From Octopus sinensis (taxonomy: Eukaryota), in the NCBI RefSeq assembly GCF_006345805.1, contig NW_021835689.1, positions 1 through 39,154 on the forward strand: a stretch of DNA of 39,154 nucleotides, given 5' to 3'. The position numbers and the translations under genes were made by a program. Below the pieces are notes generated by a model, which did no database searches, was not told where the DNA came from, and saw only the letters and a program-made list of their open reading frames with translations. Below, piece by piece: positions 22,764-32,300 of the stretch (the first letter of the stretch is position 1; each line of letters begins with the position of its first letter).

Positions 22764-23028
22764 TGCATTCATTGAAGTGTCTAATCAGGGCGGTTATATG
22801 TATTCTATTGGTTGCAGGAACATAATCAAACCAACACTGGTCAAACATGAGGGAAACCAAACAAACATAAAATCACAAAGATAAATACACACAACATTAT
22901 ATATATATAAATATGTGTGTTTGTTTGTTGGTGTGTGTGTGTGTGTTATATACTGATATCTATATCTATCTATCTGCACAACACACACACACACAACACA
23001 CATATATATAAACATACCTTTTTCATTC

Positions 23029-23082
<54 letters not shown>

Positions 23083-23090
23083 ACATTTCC

Positions 23091-23124
<34 letters not shown>

Positions 23125-23131
23125 CACACAC

Positions 23132-23181
<50 letters not shown>

Positions 23182-23240
23182 AAACATACATACATATAAT
23201 ATACACATATATAATATATTACATATATTTAAATATATGT
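22725..23240. repeat. (TA)n/(CA)n microsatellites
   Basis: Direct inspection. Confidence 0.9.
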
Positions 23241-23557
23241 GAAGGTGCGTGGCTTAGTGGTTAGGGCATTTGGCTCACATTCGTAAGATCTTGAGTTCCC
23301 AGCGATGCATTGTGTCCTTGAGCAAGACATTTCATTTCACGTTGCTGCAGTCCACTCAGCTGGCAAAAATGAGTAGTACCTGTATTTCAAAGGGCCAGCC
23401 TTGTCACACTCTGTGTCACGCTGAATCTCCCTGAAAACTATGTAAATGGTACATGTGTCTGTGGAATGCTCAGCCACTTGCACATTAATTCCATGAGCAG
23501 GCTGTTCAGTTGATCGTATCAGCTGGACCTCTCATCATCGTAACTGACGGAGTTCTC
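23241..23557 (+). mobile_element. SINE with family B head and CORE-like body but a different 3' tail
   Basis: GAAGGTGCGTGGCTTAGTGGTTAGGGC...GTGTCCTTGAGCAAGAC...CAGCTGGCAAAAATGAGT, then sequence unrelated to the tails at 4701 and 6934. Confidence 0.8.
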
Positions 23558-23598
23558 CTTAATATTTATATATATTTATATGTATATATATATATATT

Positions 23599-23630
<32 letters not shown>

Positions 23631-23967
23631 TAGAAAAATAGATAGATTGACAGAGATAGATAGAAAGATGTATAGATAGATTGACAGATTGATAGATAGA
23701 TAGATAGATAGATAGATAGACAGATAGATAGATAAATGGATAGATAGATAGGTATAGACATACATTACTGCATATTACATAAGCAGATTAACCAGTTGCC
23801 TATGTATTTGTTTTATGTTTTCCTTTTAATCATAAAACATTCCTTCATATCTGGTGTTATATTTGTACAACCCTGTAGACACAGAAAGGAACTGCTCCAG
23901 CATGGCATGGTCTAAGACTTGACAGCCACAAATAATTAACAAACAAACAGCGATACACATATGAATA

Positions 23968-24010
<43 letters not shown>

Positions 24011-24097
24011 CATTATTCTTTTACACGTTTCAGGTATTTGACTGAGGCCATGCTGGAGCACTGCCATAATATATATATATATATATACATATAATGT

Positions 24098-24394
24098 GGA
24101 GGCGCAATGGCCAAGTGGTTAGGGCAGCGTACTCGCGGTCGTAGGATTGCGGTTTCGATTCCCATACCGGGCGTTGTGAGTGTTTATTGAGCGAAAACAC
24201 CTTAAAGCTCCATGAGGCTCCGGCAGGGGGTGGTGATCCCTGCTGTACTCTTTCACCACTGTTTCTCTCACTCTTTCTTCTATTGGCCTGCTCGCTTAGC
24301 CAGCGGGGTGGCGTCATTCGAAGGCTAAAACAATGCGAACGCATTGTGACCAGCGATGTGTAACAACATCTGATGGTCTGGTCAGTCACGTGAT
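24098..24394 (+). mobile_element. SINE family D head with alternative 3' tail
   Basis: A box TGGCCAAGTGG, B box GGTTTCGATTCC. Matches 5994-6170, then diverges after CTCT(T)TCTT. Confidence 0.85.
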
Positions 24395-24450
24395 ATATAA
24401 TGTAGTCATATTTATATATGTATGTATGTATATATGTATTTATGTATCCA

Positions 24451-24517
<67 letters not shown>

Positions 24518-24649
24518 TTATTTTGGAGATTGTATATAGTAGTATACTTGTGCATCTTAGTATAAACAAAATTGTTTTCCAGATAATTTTCTGGTACTTA
24601 CCATTTTTATACATATAAATAAATAAATCCCTCCTTGTCTCCCTCTCTA

Positions 24650-24689
<40 letters not shown>

Positions 24690-25424
24690 TGTGACTATTT
24701 ATTCCTCCCTCTCCCTTGGTCTCTCCCTCTCCCACCTTCCCTTTCGCTCTCTCCCTGTCTTTCTCTTTGTGACTATTTGTTCCATCCCTTGCCCTCTCCC
24801 CTCTCTCCTTTCCTCCTTTCCTTCCCCTTCTTCGATAAGTCACTCCGTATAGTAATCCCTACCCACAATTTAGTAGCCACTCAATAGAAATTCTAGTGTA
24901 TAAATTGCCAGGCAAGAATTTGGTAAGTTATTGTTTGGTCAGTGCTGGTCAGTCTTTGCAACCAATGAGAAACAGCCTTTGGCTGCTTGACCATACGCAG
25001 CTGCTGCAGTAGCTACCAGTGCATTTTAGTATACAACTAGTAGCCATCATTGGTTGATGCAGTCTGTGAGCTGTTGTCCACTCTGGACTAATGTTATACT
25101 ATATGATGTGGTCAAGCAGTGTAGAGGCGTGACTGTTTGTACAATTCCAAGACCTTGAATGCTGGTTGCAGGGAGTAGGAGTTGGATATATGACTGTAGT
25201 GATCTTAGTGGACTAAACCCACCAGCAACAAACCGCATTGGCTACAGTGCCATACTAATGTGTTTATCTCTCACAGAACCAGAGAATCATTGAGAGACAC
25301 GAGCGCCTCTCATTGGATTTTACATTGTTATAGGGAGAAGTTAAATGGAAATGGAAGCATCTGATGTTTATGCCTTCTCATTTGATATTAACAATGGCCA
25401 GTAAGATGAACTTTATACAAAACA

Positions 25425-25435
25425 AATAATGATGG

Positions 25436-25505
<70 letters not shown>

Positions 25506-25513
25506 GGTGATGG

Positions 25514-25554
<41 letters not shown>

Positions 25555-25594
25555 GTGGTGATGATGATGATGATGATGATGATGATAAAGATGG

Positions 25595-25633
<39 letters not shown>

Positions 25634-25638
25634 GATGG

Positions 25639-25685
<47 letters not shown>

Positions 25686-25769
25686 TGATAAGATGGTGAT
25701 GATGATGATGATGATATGATGATGATGATGATGAGATGTGGTGTTGGTGGTGCTGGTGCTGGTGGTGTG

Positions 25770-25810
<41 letters not shown>

Positions 25811-25845
25811 TGGTGGTGTGCTGGTGCTGGTGGTGGTGGTGGTGG

Positions 25846-25915
<70 letters not shown>

Positions 25916-25960
25916 GGTGGTGCTGGTGGTGGTGATGATGACAATGATGAGAAGAAGAAG
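25425..25960. repeat. (GAT)n/(GGT)n array
   Basis: Direct inspection. Confidence 0.95.
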
Positions 25961-26082
25961 AAGGTCATACGCTGTTTGACTTGATATGAGATTACTATGT
26001 TGTGTACATGTGGTTCTGATGCATGTGCCTAGTGTACCCTTATCAAAATGGGTAGTCATGATAAGTATATTGGGCTTTGTAT

Positions 26083-26164
26083 CCCAGTGTCACTTTGATG
26101 GCATACCCCCAGTGTCACTTTGATGGCATACTCCCCCCCCCCCAGTGTCACTCTGATTGCATGC
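26083..26164. repeat. Triplicated 24-bp motif CCCAGTGTCACTTTGATGGCATAC
   Basis: Copies at 26083-26106, 26108-26131 and 26141-26164 (the last is degenerate). Confidence 0.85.
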
Positions 26165-26183
26165 ACTGCTCTCTCGCTCATCT

Positions 26184-26392
26184 TTTCTACTAATGGCACA
26201 AGGCCTGAAATTGTGGGGAAGGGGCTAGTTGATTACAGTGACCCCAGTGTTTCACTGGTACTTAATATATCCACCCCAAAAGGATGAAAGGCAAAATCGA
26301 CCTCAGAGGTATTTGAACTCAGAATGTAGTGACGGGCAAAATACTGCTAAGCATTTTGCCTGGCGTGCTAATGATTTTGTTATCGCACCACC

Positions 26393-26449
<57 letters not shown>

Positions 26450-26502
26450 GTAATAATGATGATGATGATGATGATAATAATAATAGTAATAATAATGATG
26501 AT

Positions 26503-26540
<38 letters not shown>

Positions 26541-26554
26541 TAATAATAATAATA

Positions 26555-26601
<47 letters not shown>

Positions 26602-27027
26602 AATGATGATTTTAAACTTTAGCACAAGGCTAGCAAGTTTTGTGGGAGGAGGCTAATTGAGAAGGCTGATTCACCCCTGTATTCAACTGATACTTATTTT
26701 ATCAACCCTGAAAGGATGAAAGGCAAAGTCCATCTTGGCAATATCTGAATTCAGAACATAAAGGCAAGCAAAATGCCAGTAAACACTTTGTCCATAGTGC
26801 TAATGATTTTTTTTCTACTCTAGGCACAAGGCCCGAAATTTTTTGGGGAAAGGGACCAGTCAATTAGATCCATCCCAGTATGCAACTGGTACTTCATTTA
26901 TCGACCCTGAAAGGAAGAAAAAGCAAAGTTGACCGTGGCGGAATTTGAACTCAGAACATAAAGACAGACGAAATAATGCCTAAGCATGTTATCCAGCGTG
27001 CTAACTTTTCTGTCAGCTTGCCACCTT
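26184..27027 (-). mobile_element. Three head-to-tail SINE family C copies (26184-26394, 26611-26810, 26811-27027)
   Basis: Each has GCACAAGG (tail), AAAGGA(T/A)GAAA(G/A)GCAAA, GAA(C/T)TCAGAA and GTGCTAA. An (AAT/GAT)n array at 26395-26610 separates copies 1 and 2. Confidence 0.85.
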
Positions 27028-27041
27028 CGATAAAGATAACA

Positions 27042-27250
27042 AAAACAAATAACTTGAGAAATATGTGTAAGGGGAGAATGTGTGATCAAAATGTAGAATA
27101 CATGGAATTCTGAGATGAAAGAATGGCACATGCAGTTGCAGAATGTCCCAAGTTGACCCAGGGAGAATATAAGAAATGGAAACATGATCAAATCGTGAAC
27201 TTTTATGTACTGGAAACGCTGTCAAAAAAAGGGGTTTCAAAAAGTGACTT
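27042..27250 (+). pseudogene. R4/Dong-like (RLE-type) non-LTR retrotransposon zinc-knuckle relic
   Basis: With frameshifts: TNNLR...GENV*SKCRIHG/DERMAHAVAECPKLTQGEYKKWKHDQIVNF/YWKRCQKKGF. This fits the C..C.......H....C knuckle plus EYK..RHD.V...HW.LC.K.G motif of R4-clade ORFs. Confidence 0.6.
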
Positions 27251-28057
27251 GTATGTCCTAGTTTAATTAACAAGTGAAATTGTCTCCAATTGTACCTTAC
27301 CACTTTTACAAGCAAAAAAAAAAAAAAGGGGGAAATTAAAGGGTGCGCATTTCTTTACACAGTATAGTCCTAGCTGTAGTATGTTTGTCCAAAAGCTGGG
27401 TGATCAGAGATGGAATATCTTTGATTGATCATATGTGTTCTGGATTAGGACAGCAATAACAACAATTATGTTTAACATTAGCACAAGAACACAGATTTGG
27501 AGGAATGGAAAGAGGCATTGAGCTTAATTAATATCGGCATCAGCATTTGACAAGTAATTATATAACTGAACCCAAAGAGATGAAAGCTTGGAAATATTTG
27601 AACTTAGATCCATAAAGTGATGCAACATAATACCACAAGGTATTTGTCTGATATGCATGCATACATGTATGTATGTATGTATATATGTATGCATATATGT
27701 ATATATGTATATGTATGTATGTATGAACGTATATATGTATGTATGCATTTAAGCATGTATGGCGACATGCTTATACGTATATATGTATTTATGTATTCAT
27801 ATAAATATGTGTGTGTATAAATACAATCACATACATACATACATACATACATGCACACCACAGGCTCACACATTCATGTTGTTTGGGTTTTTGCTAATTT
27901 ACATGTATCAATTGCATTCACAAGTTCTTGGTTGCCACATGGCTCTAGCAGAAGCAATGCCCTTGTAGTGACACCAAAATGTAAAAACTACATGGTTCCA
28001 AAACAAACTTAACAAGCACTGCTTGCACCCATACACACACATACATACATAGATACA

Positions 28058-28089
<32 letters not shown>

Positions 28090-28101
28090 CATATATATAT
28101 A

Positions 28102-28334
28102 AAGGCGGCGAGCTGGCAGAAACGTTAGCGCGCTGGGCGAAATACTTAGCGGTATTTTGTCTGTCGTTAGGTTCTGAGTTCAAATTCCGCCGAGGTCGAC
28201 TTTGCCTTTCATCCTTTCAGGGTCGATAAATAAAGTACCAGTTTCGCACTGGGGTTGATGTAATCGACTTAATCCCTTTGTCTGTCCTTGTTTGTCCTCT
28301 CTATGTTTAGCCCCTTGTGGGTAGTAAAGAAATA
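28102..28334 (+). mobile_element. Little-diverged SINE family C inserted in (TA)n
   Basis: AAGGCGGCGAGCTGGCAGAAACGTTAGC...GAGTTCAAATTCCGCCGAGGTCGAC...GTAGTAAAGAAAT; CpGs retained; TA repeats on both sides. Confidence 0.92.
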
Positions 28335-28399
28335 TATATATATATATGTATGTATGTATGTATATATAATATATATATATTATATATATATATGTTATG

Positions 28400-28438
<39 letters not shown>

Positions 28439-28502
28439 GCCAGTTTGCACATAAATGCAAAACAAGTTGGGAAAAAATAGTACTCAAATACTGAAGGTAG
28501 AG

Positions 28503-28675
28503 TATTATGTCTTTTCATTAAAGCTGCGAAAACATCCCCAAAAACTGCTACTCAGAGTTTCACATTCCAGTTCATTAGGCAGTTGTGATACAGAACTTGT
28601 ACAACAACTGCCTGATGAATGTGAAACTGTGTAGCAGTTTTACATGATGTCTCTGCAGCTTTAATAAAACAGTAT
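28503..28675. mobile_element. Fold-back element whose arms are two inverted hammerhead-ribozyme relics (PLE-type)
   Basis: Arms about 28503-28586 and 28604-28675. Minus 28543-28584: AACTGC CTAATGA ACTGGAATGT GAAA CTCTGAG TA GCAGTT. Plus 28606-28639: AACTGC CTGATGA ATGT GAAA CTGTG TA GCAGTT. Confidence 0.75.
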
Positions 28676-28684
28676 ATATATAGT

Positions 28685-28862
28685 TAATCCAAACAAGAAA
28701 ACACAACAACGCGAGGACGTGGAACAAATATAGTATTATTGGATGCTCAAGAAAGAAGGGAAGAAGGAGGGTTTAACATTTCGAGCGGAGCTCTTCGTTG
28801 GAAACAGAGGAGAAGGAAAGATCCCGAGAAGGGAAGACAGAGGAAAAAAAATCGCCAACGGT

Positions 28863-28865
<3 letters not shown>
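28685..28865 (-). mobile_element. PLE-type terminal fragment with a decayed minimal hammerhead
   Basis: Minus 28771-28805: GTTT CCAACGA A GAGC-TCC-GCTC GAAA TG TT AAAC. Stems I and II are intact, but the core reads CCAA instead of CUGA. Confidence 0.55.
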
Positions 28866-28960
<95 letters not shown>

Positions 28961-29005
28961 AGTACTAATAAAATAGATGGAATGTGTAATAATAGACTGT
29001 ATTTG

Positions 29006-29047
29006 GTGCAACACATGTTTCAACCCATTCTGGGTCTCTTCAGGTAC
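29006..29047 (-). ncRNA. Candidate type-I hammerhead ribozyme, core intact
   Basis: GTAC CTGAAGA GACCC-AGAAT-GGGTT GAAA CATGTG TT GCAC: CUGANGA, 5-bp stem II, GAAA, short stem III, GUU triplet, stem I 3/4 paired. Confidence 0.55.
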
Positions 29048-29084
29048 ATCAATAAAAAGTCTCACTAGAGATATCTTGAGTCGG

Positions 29085-29149
29085 CTGAAGTATTGCTATA
29101 TGTCCATCAAATTCTCAAGTTTGATGGACATATAGTGCTGAAAGTACTG
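29085..29149 (+). other. Perfect 16-bp hairpin inside a hammerhead-like frame
   Basis: CTATATGTCCATCAAA (29096-29111) pairs with TTTGATGGACATATAG (29120-29135), 8-nt loop; preceded by CTGAAGT and followed by GAAA-GTACT. Confidence 0.7.
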
Positions 29150-29559
29150 AAAATGTTCTGCTCATGGCTAAGGTTTGTTTTAACACTTATTTCTAGCAAT
29201 GCTGGTACTTACTTGCACCCTTAGTCACTTTTACAAACGTTTGTACTTGTATCTTTTGATTTTAAATTGTGACTAGCAACTTTATAAATTGATATATATA
29301 TCAACATTAAAGGTGCAAAACTGAATATTACGAATTGGTCAATAACTGATGAAGAATTATGGACTTTCTGTTTTAGCAGCAGTGTGGCCACATAAGAATA
29401 CCCACCTTCGAAGAACAGAATGGAGTAAGTGGAGCAAGAACAAACTCGAAAACAAAATATGTTGCTGAAGAGGTCACAGATGTGTGACAAAAGATTTCTG
29501 GACAATGAACACAAGTTAAAATAATAAAATAAGAACATTGATAAAGGAGTGAAAAACTA

Positions 29560-29580
29560 ATATATGTATATATATATATA

Positions 29581-29641
<61 letters not shown>

Positions 29642-29654
29642 ATATATATATAAC

Positions 29655-29696
<42 letters not shown>

Positions 29697-29737
29697 TATA
29701 TATATATGAATATATATTTGTATATATATATTATATG

Positions 29738-29768
<31 letters not shown>

Positions 29769-29820
29769 ATATAATATATATGAATATATATATATATATG
29801 AATATATATATATATATATA
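29560..29820. repeat. (TA)n microsatellite
   Basis: Direct inspection. Confidence 0.95.
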
Positions 29821-29939
29821 ACATCGGTGAATCATAAATCTGAAAGAGAAGCATGCTCTAAGTTATAGAGCAGTAGTGTATCGAGAGAAATGACCAGTGG
29901 TCTATAAACTCTCTCATATATATATATATAATTCAATAA

Positions 29940-30330
29940 TTATAAGCATAATTATATAATTTATAATTTATAACTATAGAATTTATAATTGAAATACTAC
30001 ACTGAAGACGGAAATAAGTGAGTAAAATTTAATATAAAATTTTATATAAAATTTTATATCTCTTTAATCCAGAAACACGTATGTGGTTGATCTAAGCCAG
30101 GTGGATTCATCGTTTTTTCTCTTTATCTACATAAATTAAAAGTATTGCTGTGTGGGAGATATCTTATGGTAGAGGAATAGTATTTAACTGGTATTTCTAA
30201 ATTTCGGGATGTGGTGAAGCAATTTGCTGAACCCTAAATTATAATTATGCTTATAAGTATAGAATTTTTTTGTATAAGGTTACCGATAATGGTTCTTTTA
30301 ACATACCGAACAAGTAGGTAAAAATTATGA
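29940..30330 (+). mobile_element. PLE-type element with an inverted terminal segment; second partial copy at 31690-31915
   Basis: Perfect 17-bp inverted repeat at 29940-29956 and 30240-30256. Body 30130-30240 resembles 31805-31915 (same strand); 30258-30330 resembles 31690-31765 (opposite strand). Confidence 0.55.
29997..30086 (+). ncRNA. Candidate type-I hammerhead ribozyme with long AT-rich stem II, core intact
   Basis: CTACA CTGAAGA C-GGA...TCC-A GAAA CACG TA TGTGG. Stem I is 5 bp (one G.U), the triplet is GUA, and the stem II interior is self-complementary (TAAAATTT/AAATTTTA, ATATAAAA/TTTTATAT). Confidence 0.6.
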
Positions 30331-30495
30331 ATTATTGTATATGTATACACAGCAACAACAATGGTGACAGGTACAAAATTCAAACAGACAGGTACATACC
30401 CATTTTCGTTGAAAACTGAAATGGAAAGAAAAGGGATCATTTGAAATATAAGAAATCACATGGATATTGTATATATATATATATATATATATATA

Positions 30496-30780
30496 AACTT
30501 AGATAACTTAGATATGTTTCGACCAATGATTGGTCCAGGCCATGTCTAACTTAATAGCACCACCTGATAGGATTATTTGAATCCTGTTTAAGTCAAGTTT
30601 TGTTTATGGTCCATTCAAGTAGTGAGTTTTTGTTGGGTGAGTTGTATCCAATTATGGGTGGCTTATCTGGTATTCATTGAAGGAATCTATCCAGACTCCG
30701 TTTAAAGTTGATGGGATCCTGTTCCTCTTTGATCTCTTTCGGGACAATGTTAAATAGGGCAGGGCCTGTTGAGGAAAATG
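30496..30780 (-). mobile_element. Second 5'-truncated copy of the CR1-clade LINE
   Basis: Reverse complement of about 15565-15880; minus-strand translation ..FLQ*IPDKPPIIGYNSPNKNSLLEWTINKT*; ATCTAAGTTATCTAAGTT tail. Confidence 0.92.
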
Positions 30781-30940
30781 CGTGCATATGTGTGTGTGTG
30801 TGTGTGTGTGTGCCCTTTTTTGTATTTGTTTACATGTCTATAAACATATATCTACTTTTACAAATATATATATATATATACATGCATACATGTATATATA
30901 TATATAAGTATATGTATATTTATATATATATTTATATATG

Positions 30941-31172
30941 TGTGCGTGAATCTTTGTGTCTGTATTTGTCCACCCACCACCACTTGACAACCAACGTTGA
31001 TGTGTTTGCATCCCTGTAAGACAGTGGTTTGGCAAAAGAGACTGATAGAAGAAATACCAGGCTTAACAAAGTAGTACTGGGACCTGTTCATTCATTTGAC
31101 TAAAAATTCTTCAAGGGAGTGCCCCAACATGGCTGTGATCTAATGACTGAAAGAAGTAAACGACAAAAGATA
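30941..31172 (+). mobile_element. SINE family A, 3' half
   Basis: CTTGACAACC...GGCAAAAGAGACTGATAGA...GCCCCAACATGGCTGTGATCTAATGACTGAAAG. Confidence 0.8.
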
Positions 31173-31249
31173 TGTATATACGCACAGGCACAAATATTAT
31201 ATAGACATGTTAACATAGACACATGCATATACGTCTCCCTCTCACACTG

Positions 31250-31252
31250 TAC

Positions 31253-31304
<52 letters not shown>

Positions 31305-31447
31305 AGAGAGAGAGAGGAGAGAGATAGACAGATAGATAGACAGACAGATAGAGAGAGAGATGGAGAGGAGTGAGAGATAGATCAAATACACATGCTGTAT
31401 ATCATCTATCTATCTATCTATATATATATGATATATATATATATTAT

Positions 31448-31480
<33 letters not shown>

Positions 31481-31660
31481 ATATATTATATAAATATATA
31501 CATATACAATATATATATATTTACATATAAATATACATACGTATAGATATATATATGTATGTATATATATATATATATATACATACACATGTAGATGTAT
31601 TATAGATATAAAATATATATATATATATATGAATATATATGTATATATATATGGAATATA
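31250..31660. repeat. (TA)n/(GA)n/(GATA)n microsatellites
   Basis: Direct inspection. Confidence 0.95.
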
Positions 31661-31934
31661 ATATAATAGTAAGTAATTACTAAATTTAAAATTAATAATT
31701 ATTACCAAGTAGTTTTCAGTATGGAAATATATAACCATTATCAATAGGAACTTTTACAAAAAGTTCTTTATATATATATATGCATATGCATATGTGAGTT
31801 GTAAGTAAATGTTATATGTGGAGCTATATTTGTAGTTAATAGGAATAAGCAGTTTTTGACTGCTATTTCTAAATTTTCGGTATGTGGTTAACCAACTTGT
31901 TGCTTAACCCTATTTATTTATATATGAATATGTT

Positions 31935-31989
31935 TAACCCATGCTAGCATGGAAAGTGGACGTTAAATGATGATGATGATGATGATGAT
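31935..31989 (+). mobile_element. RTE-type extreme 3' tail
   Basis: AACCCATGCTAGCATGGAAAGTGGACGTTAAA followed by (TGA)n. Confidence 0.7.
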
Positions 31990-32081
31990 TTATATACATA
32001 TATATTGTGTGTATATGTGTGTGTATGTAATGTATACATATACATACATACATATATATGTGTATACATGTATATATATAA

Positions 32082-32126
<45 letters not shown>

Positions 32127-32149
32127 TTAAATATATATTATATATATAT

Positions 32150-32198
<49 letters not shown>

Positions 32199-32203
32199 TT
32201 TAA

Positions 32204-32254
<51 letters not shown>

Positions 32255-32300
32255 CATATAAATAATATTCATTATTTATTTATTTATACATAATATCAGC

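Noticed and set aside
24885-25335. Possible plus-strand exon pair (GTAAGT donor at about 24922, TCTCTCACAG acceptor at about 25277)
   Set aside because: Resulting peptides are short, hit stops and are unrecognisable; consistent with chance splice-like motifs.
25378-26059. Poly-His/Ser/Ile ORFs of 196 and 223 aa
   Set aside because: Reverse translations of the (GAT)n array; no complex domain.
32095-32255. Long AT-only palindrome
   Set aside because: Self-complementarity is intrinsic to (TA)n, and the region is prone to assembly error.
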